A DNA stretch of 64,000 nt, from the NCBI RefSeq assembly GCF_009914755.1, contig NC_060938.1; one strand, 5' to 3'. Below, piece after piece: positions 1 through 18,265 of this stretch. Position numbers and translations under genes: made by a program. How positions within the stretch are numbered: position 1 is the first letter of the stretch; every line of letters starts with the position of its first letter. Source of the DNA: the human T2T-CHM13v2.0 reference genome, Homo sapiens. The notes beneath the pieces were generated by a model. That model saw only the letters and a program-made list of their open reading frames with translations, made no database searches and was not told the DNA's origin.

Positions 1-2454
1 CTCCAAATATTGAATGACGTCTATCACGTGCAATGACTCTGGAGAAGTATAAAATACGAACTCTGCCCTTAAGATATTGTCAGCCTGGTGGCAGTGGGAG
101 GAGGGGCAGGGGAAACACTGAAAGTTGGGTTGGAGAGACAGCCATGTAAAACCAAGTAGATGTATTTATAAGGCTTCCCTGAAGTAGGGATGCCTTTGCT
201 GAGTCTGAGGGAAGAGTAGGAACAATCCAGGGAATGAGAAGATGCAAGCATGAAATGCAAGAACATTGTTATGTTTATAGTAGAAGGAGCTTGTGAAGGC
301 AAGGGAGAGGAGTCAGGGACAAATCAACAAAATCCCAGTGTAGGAAGCCAAGAAATGTACATTTTATCATCAAAGCCATTGAATCTCCACAATGAGATGA
401 ACTTGATCAGCTTTTCACCTTGGAAAGACTCCTCCAGCTTAGTTTGGAAGTAAGAGCAGAACAGGAGCTACAGCTACACTCCAGGAAAGACAGATGACCA
501 CTCCAACAAAATGCAGTGACTGAGGAATCAGGAGAAGATCAACTAAAAGCTAGCAGATATCATATTAGCAGGCCTTGGTGACAATTGCATATGGAAGAAG
601 TGAGAAGGATCTTGGCTGACTGCGGTTTCTGGCTTAGACAACTGAATGGATAGTGGGCCCATATGTTAACATAGAAAATGCAAGGAAAGGACCAGAGTTC
701 CTGGGAGCTGATGTGCACAGTCCATAGAGATTCAGACGGGTCCCTGTGCACTGTGGCGGTAAGCAAATCTGTGAAAGAGGCCCTGCATGATGGACAGAAT
801 GTGATTTGGTGTCTTTCAGTATAAGCCTCCATCCTGGTTTGGGGCTTTGAGGACTCAACAAAGTGAAGTCTGGAAAGAGGGCAGGGAGACCTCCTGGTGT
901 GTCCTAGGGGGAGGAGAAAGGAAAGGATGCCCTGACTTAGAGAGGAGAGAGAACAGTAGCTGCCCAGACACCCCAGGACCTGCCCAATCTTGAGCTACTC
1001 CTGTTGCTGGGATTCCCTCTGTGCCCTAGACAAAGCAACTGGGACTCATCATAAAGGTAAGAAGATTGTATATTGAATATTTTATATAAATAGATCTATA
1101 GAGATACAGAGATATGAATAGATATTCTTCCAAAAATACCATAGACCTGAGACAGGGGTCCCATCCCTTGGGCAAGAGAATGCTATAGAACAGTATATAT
1201 GCAACGACTTTCCGAGAGGTAAGTAGGCACATATATGTTTTAAAACTCAATTTCTTCATTGGTATGAAAGATTCAGAAAAGCAAATTTATAAAATTTATA
1301 GAGACAAAATAGATAAAGGTTGCCTGGGTCTGGGGCTTGAAACAGAGATCAACTGTAAAGGGCATGAGGGGTCTCATTTGAGCAATGAAAATGCTCTACA
1401 ACTCACCAAATGTGATGGTTGCACCTCTTGGTAAAGTTACAAAAATCATTGAATTGTAGACTTAAATTTTATGATACGCTTCAATAAAGTTGTTTCTTAA
1501 AACAAGAAATCAGTTTTCAGATCTTCAATTTCCACGTGTGGTCTTTCCTAATAACCTGCCTGAGAAAGCACCTGTGTTCAAGGTGATGTAAAATTCACTT
1601 TACTACCTCCCCTTTTAATTGGCCAAGCTCAAAAAGGAGGAGAGTCTTATTCTGCTCCTATCCTTATTTTACTATGGTGTGTGAACTCGAGTGAAGAAAC
1701 CTCCAAGTTGCCAACGGAAAGGCCATTATAAATATTGGTTACTGGGATGCCTTTTTTAATGATTAATGCCTTAGGGCTTCTTATCTTTCCCTATCTTAAT
1801 TTGGTTAAGAGTGTAGCTTGGTATTAGAAATTAAGTGTTTTAATCTGTGTTGAGATGTTCTGAATTTGGATATATGGTGGAATGTGGCAGTGGATGTGTT
1901 GACAATTATCCTTTAAGGACCTCACCTTTCCACACCTCAACTCTTATCAAGGAACACAGATGGGGAAAGTTCTACAAGAGATGAGCAATGATAGCATGGA
2001 TACACAACATTTAGTGCTGCAACTAGCTTTTCCAGGTATTTAAATGTGTGCAATCCTTTTCAGCTCTTCTCAACGCTCACTGATAAGTTATGTTATTAAC
2101 CGGGGGAAAAATCACCTTTGGACAGATGAAGCTCAACTGCTTAGTGACACTTTCACAGTTTTCAAGATATGTTGGATAAAGGCCAAGAATAAAACTTTTA
2201 CCTGACTTCTTCAGAGCCAATATAGACCAGTCAGCAAGGTAGTGAAAGTATATTTTACCCATTCACATCATGAAATCCATAATCCAACTCCACAATCCCT
2301 AACTTTGGGTGGCCCATTGATGCTGCCCAGCTTCACACTTTATCTGCATTCATACTCCCATTCCCTTGACAACTGTGTGATTCATCCATGGATGCTGAAG
2401 TCCCCTGTATAAAATGGTATGTTATTTGCATATAGCCTATGTGCATCCTCCCAT

Positions 2455-3325
2455 GTCTCCTCAAGCCTCTAGCTCCTCACTCTCCGCTGATGACCTCTCC
2501 TCCTATTTCTCTGAGAAAATTGGGCAATTAGAAGAGAACTTCCAAGCTCTCACCACATATCTCTCCACCCAAACACATCTCTTCCCATTCACTCTCTCTT
2601 CTCTCCACTGACTCTAGGTAGATTCTAGGTGCTCCTGGCTAAAAGTACCCCCACCCTGTATTCTGGTCCTATCTCCTTCTGCCTATCCCAGGAAGCTCCT
2701 CACTGGTCTACCCTTGCACCCCTGCATTGACCAGCTCACCCTCTATCCTGGATCACTGGGATCCTCCTCATTGGCCTATTCTCCCCCAACTCCCACATTT
2801 TTTAAAACAACACAACTCTTTGAAAGGGTTGTCTACATCTACTGTCTCTTATTTGTTTCCTCCCCATTTTCAAGTTCAGTCAAGTTTTGTGCCCCTCCCA
2901 CTCCACTGAAACCTATCTTGTCAAGGTCGCCAATAAATTTCACACCACAAAAACCAAGAGTCAATACTCAATCCTCATTTTACTTCAACTATCAGCAGCA
3001 TCTGACACAGCTGATAACTCTCCTCCTTGGAAACTATCTTCACTTGGCTTTGAGAATGCCAAATGCCTGATTTTCCTCCCACCTCTCACCTCTGCAAACA
3101 AATACTGAAAGGTCATGTTCTCTAAACATTGGTGTGACCCAGACCTCAAGTCTTCTTTTTGTAACTTATACTCACCTACTAGGTAGACTCATCTATTCTA
3201 TATGATGATGACTCCTAAATATATGCTTCTAACCTGGACCTCTCCCAACTCCAGAATTGTGTATCCAATTGCTTACTCTACATCTCCACTTGTATAGTCT
3301 CTTAGCACCTCAAATTTAATGTAAC
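2455..3325 (+). mobile_element. L2 LINE ORF2 remnant
   Basis: ORF 2887-3108 retains the L2 RT signature (HSTET.LVKV...SILILLQLSAASDTAD...LSSLGF). Confidence 0.8.
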
Positions 3326-3689
3326 AAGGCTTGCTTGCCCTAGGAGGTGACCAGACCTTTAACCTGGATGAATCAGAGCCCTTGCTTTCCTTTGTCAGGC
3401 CACCATCCCTGCAATTGTCTGTTCATGGTTAATACAAGGCATGGGACCACCAACAGATGCCCAAATGGATCCCTTGAATTTCAGATATATTGTTCTGTGT
3501 CACCGTTTAGTATCAGGTATCCAACTTCTTTATGGTGATCAGAGGCAATTATATCTCTGTTGTTCTACTAGTATGAGATTTCCAAAATAATCAAAGGGTA
3601 ATCATACCTTTAGATTCAGGGTAACCTTTATTGTGTTTTCTGGTGGGAGCATTTCCTCCTAACAGATAACCAAGTGCTCCAGACTCACT

Positions 3690-3990
3690 ATCTTAGTCCA
3701 TTTTCTTTGCTATAACAGAACATCAAAAATTAGGTAATCTATAAAGAAGAGAAATTTATTTCTTACATTTCTCGGGGGGTTCCAAGGTTGAGAGGCTGCT
3801 GGTGGTGAGGGCCTTCTCACTATGTCATAACATGGCAGAGGACATCACATGGTGAGAGGGAAGTGTGTATGCCAGCTCAGGTCTCTCTTCTGCTTCTTAT
3901 GAAACCACCAGTCTTATCATGGGGGCCCCACCCTGATGATCTTTTCTAATCTTAATTACCTCCCAAAGGCTCCACCTCCAAATGTTATTA
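3690..3990 (-). mobile_element. MaLR LTR fragment (MLT1A/MST type)
   Basis: TCTTAGTCCATTTT...GCTATAACAGAA and AATTTATTTCTTACA hallmarks. Confidence 0.65.
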
Positions 3991-4250
3991 ACCTCCTGCA
4001 AATGCCAAAATCTCATATAACCTAAGCACAATCTCCCATATACTTTAAATCATCTATGTATTACTTACAATACCTAATACAATGTAAGTGCTATGTAAAT
4101 GGTTGTTGTACTGTATTGTTTAGGGAATCATGACAAGAAAAAAAGTCTGTACATATTAAGTACAGATGCAAGTTTTAACAAAACATTTTCAACCTGCCAT
4201 TGGTCAAATCCATGGGGTGCAGAACCCATGGATACAGATGACTAGCTGTA
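3991..4250 (+). mobile_element. MER2 (TcMar-Tigger) fragment
   Basis: TATACTTTAAATCATCT...GAACCCATGGATAC...CTG|TA, MER2-like 3' part. Confidence 0.7.
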
Positions 4251-4806
4251 CATCCATAAAGTAGATTTCTGTGTCAAGGACTTATATCAATGTATACCTG
4301 AAGAGATTCCCCATATTGCCTTCTCAATGTGTTCCTTCCTGACCCCACTTAATGACAAGGGTCATTCAGTCCTGTGAGGATGAGAATTCTCTATTTCCCT
4401 GCTGTTCTTTGTCACAAGAAGCTCAAAATAACCAAATGGCAGCCATAGATTATAGCTGAATAAGGCTTTTGCTTATTCCCAAATAAAAGCATTCCCCTTT
4501 GAGATCTAAGACCTCTAAATTAACAGAGTCCACAGATGTAGGAATGCAGCAGGGTACGGGGTGGGGGATGTCCCCAAGTTGGCCACTGGGCATGATGGTA
4601 AACAGAGCCACTTCTGCTTCTACCCCTTGGTTCCCAGGGAAACTGGAAAGTCAAGATCTGGGGGCATCAACTCTGATATGTGTCAGGGTCCCACTTCTTC
4701 CCACCCAGATCCCCTGTCCTTGGCATAGCAGACCCACCTTATGTGGGAGTTTAACCTCCTTTGGAGCTCCTCTACTCTTTTTTAAAAGGTCCTCCAGCTT
4801 TGACAG

Positions 4807-5112
<306 letters not shown>

Positions 5113-5416
5113 AACACTTAGCTTGTAATACCTGATTAATTACTTTCAGCTTTTTATTATCCTTTTCCTGAGTGTCAGTATAGTTACCACACCCCCCATA
5201 TTTCTCAAATGCCTAATACCTTGTTCCAGTTAATGCACTCCCTTCCACAAGTATACCATCGCAGCTCATCACCAGTGAGCGACTGCACCACCACCTTCTG
5301 CTACTAGCTATCGATGCCCCATCTACCACCAGTGATGCCAGCTGGGTGGCTGGTAATCCCACTCTAAGACACTGTCTCCTCATCTGCTTTCCAAGAACAT
5401 CCCTGGAACAACACAC

Positions 5417-5875
5417 TGTCCCTGTTTAGGTTTCCAGGAAGCAGACTCTGAGATGGAGGTTAGCATGCAGGAGGCTCACTGGGGAGTGCTTTGAGTATCA
5501 ACACCTGTGAAAGGGAAGGGAGGGACGTGGGAATGGGCAGATGATGAAGTTCAGCTGCAATGCAGTCTCAATGAATGCCTCAGCCAATCCTGCAGAGAGT
5601 TCCGAAGATGGGGTGGCCATCAGAGCTCTCCTGAGTTGGGGTGTAAGAGCTGGGCTCTATACCACTCATTAGTCAATCCTGGATGTGGGCTACTGGGAAG
5701 GGGCATGACCCTGGGCATGATGGCTCTCTTCAGTTTAGGAAATCACAGAGGAGGTTGATGGGTGAGGGCTCTCTGCCAGCAGCACTGCCAGCAGCTGGGA
5801 TAATAAATCCTCTAACCCTGAAGGGCGATTGGGTAGCAAATATCAGCAACCACCACAAAACCCAAGTTACTGAAA
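5417..5875 (-). mobile_element. LTR16A-like ERVL LTR, with probable internal sequence to its left (~3330-5416, interrupted)
   Basis: GGAAGCAGACTCTGAGATGGAG...ATCAACACCTGTG motif; family named from memory. Confidence 0.6.
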
Positions 5876-8349
5876 ATAGACATACCTGTTATATACACCC
5901 TTAGGTACTGTGTGTCAATATAAAAATGTGCCTGGGGATTGTGTGCTCTGTCCTCTGCTCATTTTCCTGTACCTGGGAATCCCGAATTTCAGAGTATCTC
6001 TGACATCTGGGAGCCTATGCCCTCACAGGTGGCAGAATCCATTACAATAATCTCTTTATGGATCACTCATGTGGCTGTTGGCGGGAGGCCTCAGTTCCTC
6101 AACACACAGCACTCTCCTTGGGTTGGCTTGAGTGTCCTCACAACATGGTAGCTGGCTTCCCCCAGGACAAGGGGTTGGAGAGAACAAGACAGGAAGCCTC
6201 AACACCACTTACATCCTAGTCTCAGACATCATAAATCATCACTCCTGCCACATTCTATGCTTTAAATGTGAGTCACTAAGTCCGTCCTGCACTTAAGGTG
6301 AGGGGAGTGGGTTCCACCTTTTGAAAGAAGTCATATCAAATAGTTGTGGACATATTTTTAAAACACTATCTATAGAGAGAAAGATATTCTCCAAATCAAC
6401 AGTGATAGATACTTCTGAGGCAGGGTGTAGATGGGAGGAGTAAAGTAAAAGGAGGCTTTTGTTTTTTCTCTGTTTTTTATAAGAAGAATTTACTTTTGTA
6501 AATAAAAAATAAGAATATTCTTGATTGTTGAAAACATGGCAACCAGTGAAACTGGGTGGGAAAAGAGATGCTTATCTATGGAGCAGATTGTGATTTACTG
6601 TTCTCCTCTACCATGGTTTATCCTGCCTGACCCCATCCAACTAAACACAAAAGAATGAGAAACTAAATGATCATTACCAGCAGCTTCTCCGAGGAGTCAT
6701 CATTTTCCTAGCACGTGAACAAGGAGTCTGATGACTGCACTATATTGAGATGTGAAAGGTTGGGGAAAAACATTAGAGCCATTAGTCTGTTCCTGCATCC
6801 CTATCCTTCATCCACAATTTCATTTAATGCAGAAATTATCTTATTAGCTTTGATGGCTTGATCACAGGCTCTGGCTGGGGCACAGACATCCCAGGAATAT
6901 CCAAGAGGGCAGAGCTACTCGGTGGGAGATTCTACACCCTCGTGGCCCCTTCCATCCAGGCCCTTGGGTGCACTCCCTCTCCTGAATCCCACATAGACTG
7001 CCATTCTCCGACATCTAGGGCCAGCCCAAGTATCTCCAGGCAGGTAGGGAACGCTGTGGGAGGATCTGTCAATGTCCAGGCAGAGAAATCACACAGTTGC
7101 TGGATAGGAGCTGTCTGTCTCCTGGGATTTTTTTTCCCTCCTGGGAGTCAAGATGTCTCCACCCTATCTGGGCCTTTGCTGGCCCCTTCAGGCAAGGGAA
7201 GGAACTTCAGCTTTGTCCGCAATCACAGAGCTCATTCCCATCTCCCCAGGCTCCCACACCTCCTTCACCTGGTCCTTTGCATTAGAAAGACAGAGTCCCC
7301 AGATGCTAAACTATATGGAGGAAACCTGGCCTGTCAGAGCAACAATAGGAACAAATAAGACCTTCTCCCCTGCCTATAGGAAAGTACTCTGTAAATGTGG
7401 GCTATCCCTGTCAATTTACAGATCAAGAACCATCCTGTGAGCCTCGAAGGCATTGCGAGAGATACCCAAAGCTCAACCACTAGCTATCCCCAGTCTCTAT
7501 TTGTCTTGCATTTGTCATTTGTTTATGACTCTCTCCCTTTTGAAGGAGATCACACTGAAGAATTCCCGGTCTTGGAGACATTTCTGGATTGGGCAAGGCT
7601 GCTTCCACAAATTGGGCCTACTGTCGGTGTGGGCCAGACTGCAGACAAGAGGCAGCCACTCTAGAGAGTGTAGGCAGTCACAGTGTCACTCCAATTCCAT
7701 CTGCTACCCCTGCAGGACTTAAGAGGAAAATCTCCCTCTGACCCCGTTCCCTATCATAATACACCCTATCTCTAGACTCCCTGCTTTTCTGAGAATGTTC
7801 ACCAGGGTCAAGGTCTGGGGTCAACAAAGCTCAAGGGTCTACCCTACTTTAGGAATGAGAGTATCACCTCAGCGGCTTCCGTAGAAGTAGCTCCACACAT
7901 AGGCCCTGATGTTTGCTTTCAGCAATCAGGTGGTGAGGATTTTCCCAGCATCTCCCTGGTCAGACCACAGATATGATTAAAGATGAGTTAACAAAGGGCA
8001 GACTGACGCCTTCGAGCTAAGGATTAGCTTTGCACAAAATCGTAACAATCATCTAAAGGGTCATCCTTCCCCCAGCTGCCTAAGCCCTTTATTCAAGAAA
8101 AAGCATGGCCCATGTGAGAAAGGGCTTAACATGTTTAGGCTGCTATACTGGGGATGCCTTATAATCCCATACAGGAAGTGGATGACTTCTGCCCAGTGAG
8201 CTTTTTCATATAGTATCCAACCTGGAAGTTGTTCCGCTCTCTTCAAGAGCCAACACTACGTATAAATACCTCAGGGCAAAGCAGAAGGAGATAAGCCTTT
8301 CCTAGATACTAAGCAATATGCATTTTCACAGAGCGAACAATATACCATC

Positions 8350-8855
8350 TACAGTAGACCGAATAATGGCCCCAAATATATCCACATTAATCCCCAGAGC
8401 TTGCAAATGTTTTCTTATGTGGCGGAAAGGACTTTGCAGGTGTGATTAAGTTGAGGATCTGGAGATGGGGAGATTATCCTGGGCTGAGTGGGCACTAAAT
8501 GTAATCACAATGTAGTTATAATAAATGTACTTGCAAGAGGGAGAAGAGAAGAGGAGGTGATCTTACCACAGAGGAAAGAAGGTGATGTGATGCAGAGATT
8601 GAAGTAACTCAGTTTGAAGATGAGGAAGAGGCCACAGAGAAGGAAAACAGGTGGCAAGCAGATGTTGAACAATACAATAGATTCTCCCCTAAGATGCTGC
8701 AGAAGAGATCGGCCCTTCCCACACCTTGACTTGAGTCCAGTGAGACGATCTTGGTTGGACCTTTGACCTGCAGAACTGTGAGAGAATACACTTGCATTGT
8801 TTTAAGCCACTAAGTGTGTGGTAATTTGTTACAGCAGCAACAGGAAAGTAATATA
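8350..8855 (+). mobile_element. MLT1D-like MaLR solo LTR
   Basis: GACTTTGCAGGTGTGATTAAG and GTGGTAATTTGTTACAGCAGCAA motifs; 5-bp TSD CCATC (8345-8349, 8856-8860). Confidence 0.8.
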
Positions 8856-8879
8856 CCATCTTTAAACCCACCATTTTGT

Positions 8880-9510
8880 GTATTTTTAACAGCTTTATTG
8901 AGGTGTAACTGACATATTTAAATGAGCTGCACATATTTAAACTGCACAATTTGATAAGTTTTGACATATGTATACATGCGTGAAACAATCATCATAGTCA
9001 AGATAGTGAACATATTCATTATCTTCAAAAGTTAACTTACACACCTCGTAATCTGTAACTCTTGGTCCTCCCTGAGCCCTTGCCTTCCAGGTAACAGCTG
9101 ATCTGTTTTCTGTCACTATAAATTAGTTGCTTTTATGTATAAATAGAGTCATATAGTATGTACTCTTTTTTGTCTGGCTTCTTTTGCGCAGCCTAGTTAT
9201 CAAGACCCAACCGTGCTGTTGCGTATATCAATATTTCATTCCATTTTGTTGCTAAGTAGTATTCCATTGCTTAGATATATTTTAAGCACTCACCTGTTAG
9301 TAGACTTTTGGATTATTTCCATTTTTTGGCTCTTTAAAATAAAGCTGCTACGAACATTCATGTAAAAGTCCTCATATGCTTTCAATTTTCTTTGATAAAT
9401 ACCTATGAATGGAATGGTTGGATTGCATGGTCGATGTGTATTTTACTTTTTAAGAAACTGTCAAACTGTTTTCCAAAATGGTTGTACCATTTTACAGTCC
9501 CAGCAGCCAC
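8880..9510 (-). mobile_element. Old L1M 3' fragment
   Basis: AACAGCTTTATTGAGGT start; AAACTGTTTTCCAAAATGGTTGTACCATTTTACA motif. Confidence 0.7.
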
Positions 9511-9590
9511 CATATCTTGTTTTTATGTTATTCAAATTATTTTTTTTTCGTTAATTGAAGCTCATCTCCATCCCTAAATAAGGTAAATAA

Positions 9591-9953
<363 letters not shown>

Positions 9954-11240
9954 GTATTACTTTAATAGTAATACTTTAAAACAACAGAGAAAAAATTGAG
10001 TATCAGATGGAGGAGACAGGGATAGAAAGAAAAAATGGTAGACACGGAGAGGAAATTGGAGGAGAGGAGTGAGACAAAGGAGAATAAGAGAACAAAAAAA
10101 AAAAGAGGGAGAAAAAGTGAGAGAGAAACACAACAAAGTACTATCAATTAGAGTCCCCACAAGAAACTGATGGCTTGTGCACAGACTAGTTGAGGAATTT
10201 TTAATAAAGGGACTATGACAAATATGTAGGAAGAACTTCTGAAACCAACAACGTGTCATGTAGTTCCTTGGTTACCATCTCTAAGCATGAAGGCTGTCAG
10301 GGAAGAGAGATTTTGGGCACCCTGAGAGAGCAGCTACTGAAAAGGACCACCCACCAGAAGTGGGATGAGCTAACCCTCTTGAACTGGAAGGGAGTGAGCT
10401 GCAGTAATAAACTCCCCAACTCACTCTGCACGCCACCTCCCAGTGCCTGCTGATGACTTCCTTTAGCCAAACCCAGCTAGAAGCCAGAAAGCATAAGTCT
10501 GTTGATGATGTTCATTTGGGCCAGCCTCTCTCCCTGGCCTGGAGTGGACAGGTAAAATGTGGATCTAGAAAGGAAAGAGAAGACACCTAGTACAGGAGCC
10601 AACAGAGGAAAGGGACAAGGAGCTGAACTGCTTTAACATCTTCCTCCATTTGTGACAGGAAAAGGTTGACAAAACAACATGTAAGTATTGAGAAACATGC
10701 CTGGGGGTGCAGTGCCTTGTGATGCACAGGGCTGCTTACTCTGTGCACCAGAATTCTGACCACAGTTGTCAGCATGGGCCATTCCATTTTGAGATCCGTT
10801 TTGAAAGGTTATTAACTTGGGCTTTACAAACAAACAAGTCTAATCGTATCCTCCTTAGAAAGGGAAACCCTCTTCTAAATCATGAAACAGTGTCGTGGCT
10901 TTGTGTGAAGTGTGGACTATGGAAGCAGGGTCTACAGCAGGAAGGCCCGGGACTCATAACACTGGAGACGCTTTATGGGGAAGACAAAAAATGTCCTTAA
11001 ACCTTGGAGGAGATAGATGCACACATTTTAGAAGGACAGGTCATCTCATCGGGTGTTTATTCTTCCAATTTATCAGATGACCTGCCTGTCCGGGGTTAAT
11101 CATCTCCATTTTATCCATTTTAACACAAGGACTGCAGGCAAAAAACAAGATGATCAAAAGCAGAATTCAAGCACCTGTCAGATCCACTGGAAGAGCTGAA
11201 AACTTTCTTTCTCTGCAACCTTTTTATCTTTTATGTTTTA

Positions 11241-12172
<932 letters not shown>

Positions 12173-12576
12173 AACAAGATATTTTTAGAACACTTTCTTA
12201 TCTCAGGTGGGAATACCGAGGTGTTTTCTTCTCATCTATTCTATGAACATATCAGTGGCTAATATTAATACATTTTCCATCCATTTTTTACAACATAGAC
12301 ACTGAAGGGAAACCTGGAGGGTTGGTAGTAATTTTAACAAATGGATATGCAGTCAAGTTCCCTTTAATTGGAGCTTTTTGTGATCTGAGTTCCTTGTTCT
12401 CTTTGTTCAGAACATCTGAAGGGGAAAGTTGAGAAAAGTCGAGCTTACTGCTATTAATTGCTTCTCCCAGTTTCTGCAGTCCAAGAATCACATGAGGTGA
12501 TACGATATGGATTCCAAGTAGCTTGGTATGGTTCCAAACATTTTGATAAGTGGAAAGATAGTCAACAAAATTTCCT

Positions 12577-12635
12577 ATTCACAAATGTGAGCCAATTCAC
12601 AAATGTGAGCCAATTCACAAATGTAAGCCAATTCA
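12577..12635. repeat. 18-bp tandem repeat ATTCACAAATGTGAGCCA, about 3.3 copies
   Basis: Units start at 12577, 12595, 12613; one mismatch. Confidence 0.95.
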
Positions 12636-13851
12636 GGGTGGAGTGGAAAGAACAGCTAGATATGAGGTCAGGAGTTTGGCATTCTAATTCCAGTTATTCT
12701 GCTAACTAGCTGTATGTTCTCAAGTAACGTTAACTTAATTCCTCTGTGTCTGTTTCCTATATCCTTCTAGCAGAATTATTATACTTACCAAGACTAATAT
12801 ACCTGAAAGTGGGCATCAAGCCATTCAACAGAAACAACCTTACAGGCGGGTACTGCCCAGGAGAGGCTTAATGGTGTTAAACAGGAAAAACGAAGGTAAG
12901 GAATGACCTAGAACAGCACAGCAGTTAAAAGACCAGGCTAGGATGTGGTACAAAGAAAGCAGGCTTTTTAAAAAGGCTTGAAGCAGAGCAGCAGCACAGG
13001 CAGAATCCCCACACCACGGAGAGCCAGAAGCCTTCCCCAGATGAGTAACTTAGTAGCAGGGATTTTGTAAAACATATTAGAGTCTCCTCGGGATTACAAC
13101 CGATTACGACTCTGGAGAGGCAAACTTTGAGCAAGTGCATAAGCAAAGGCCCTGACATCAGATGGAGCCCTGTACAGAATGACATGGGGCAAAAATAATA
13201 AGAGACACCAAGAATAAAAATAAGCAGAACATGAAAACACAAGAACAAGGGAAGTCCCGGCAGAGCAAACAGTATTCTCTCAGCCCTGGGTAAGGGTTTT
13301 TGCCAATCCTGTGAGGGTGAATCCACTTCATTAATTCATTCAACAAAAGTATGTAGAGCATCCTCTCTGTACTAGGAACTTACCAGTTTGGGGGCAGGGA
13401 TACAACCATGAGCACAAACAGCTGACCTTGGAGCTTACAGCTAATAGGGAAGACAGAGCAAGGACCATGAAGGAAAGCAGCCAAAGTGCTGTAGGAACAC
13501 ATAGACCAAAAGGCTAGGGAGACGACAGATCCAAGCACAGAACAGCAAGGGGAGAGGCCCAGACAAGACAGCAAGTGCATTCAAGAAACTGAAGGGCTAG
13601 CCCATGAGAGCAAGGAGCAAGGGCTGTGTCAGATGAGGCCAGACAGGAGAGGAGCTGGGCCATGCAGGACCCAGAAGGCCTGGTTAGGGATTTTACTCTT
13701 TGCCCTAAGAATAGGGGGAGGCCACTGAAAGGTTTCAAGCACACATGTGTTTTGGTAAGACCACCCTGGCCCATTTGGAAAACAAATCAGAACCCCCTGT
13801 ACATCATTTAAAGTTCATTCTCTGAAAGCATGACCACATTACCTGTATTCC

Positions 13852-14643
13852 TGTGGTGTTGTTTAATAAAGAATTTGTCTGGTCTTAGTCCAGGGTTCCT
13901 GGCATGGAGCTTCTAGAACCCTTGGAATTTCCCAAGCGACAGAAGTGTCTTCATTATTCATGAGCCAGCTGAGTTCATGCTAATGAGAAAACCCATGGTA
14001 GCCCCCTAGATAGCTTCAGGATGGGGCTGTTCACCAGAAAGACTCAGCAGAAAGACCAACCACATGATTAGAGGGTTGGGACTCTGAGCAATGTGATGTT
14101 AGCTCAGCCTGACCTCTGGAGAGGAAAGGAGGGTGGAGATTGACTTCAATCAGTTGGCCACTGATTTAATGAACTATGCCTACATAATGAAACCCCAATA
14201 AAAACTCTGGACACCAAATATTAGTGTAGCTTCCTGGATGGTGAACACATTGATGTGTCAGAAGGGTGACAGCATCCTGATTCCACAGGAGAGGGCACAG
14301 AAGCTCCACACTCTGGACTCTCCCAGAACTCACCCTGTGTATCCCTTCCTTTGGCTGCTCCTGATCTGTATCCTTTATAATAAAATTGTAATTATTTTTT
14401 TAAAAGTGTTTTCTCAAGCTCTGTGAGACATACTAGTGAATTTTTTAACCTGATGGGGTTGTGAGAACTCCCAAATTTGTAGCCACTTGGTCAAAAGTGC
14501 AGGTGGCTTAGGGGCCTCTGAATTGCAGCTGGCAGCTAAAGTGAAGGAAGTCTTATGGAGGACTGAGCCTGTAACTGATGGGGTCTGCACTAGCTCCAGG
14601 GGGTTACCACCAGAACTGAATTGTAGTATGCCAGGTGGTGTCA
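13852..14643 (+). mobile_element. MER21-like LTR
   Basis: CCCTTGGAATTTCC, GACCAACCACATGATTAGAGGGTTGG and ATAATGAAACCCCAATAAAAACTC motifs. Confidence 0.7.
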
Positions 14644-15104
14644 GACCAGCTGGGGTTGAAACAGAATGCATGCTAAATTTTATTTTAGTCATTCTTAATT
14701 TCAAATCCAAGAATCCTTTGTTTAAGGAAGAAACAAACAAAATTCTCGTCCCAAAACTAAGAAATGGGAAGATTTGTCTAAATTGGAGAAAAAACACTGG
14801 CTTTGGACAGCTCAAAACTCAGACCTTGTTGCCTAGCACCAAGCAGTGAGCCCCCAGTGGGTTCAATACGATTGATGCTTTCTTGTTACTAGCCCTAACA
14901 TAACTTGGGGGGTAAAATCTTGTTATTCCCACACTTCAGCCTCTTCTCATTTGTTTTTGAGAAGTGTTTTCCCATGGCCTGAGTGTGCACCCCTGCCACC
15001 TCAGACGGTCCTGCCGTGGGCTCCCCTCCCAACAGCTGATGTGGACTCCATGTTTTGGTAACCTTTGAAATGGAACTCTAAACTTTCATACCTTTAAAAA
15101 ACTA

Positions 15105-18265
<3,161 letters not shown>

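Noticed and set aside
6858-7722. Overlapping 90-166 aa ORFs in unique-looking DNA
   Set aside because: Mostly non-ATG starts, no recognisable domain or consistent splice structure.
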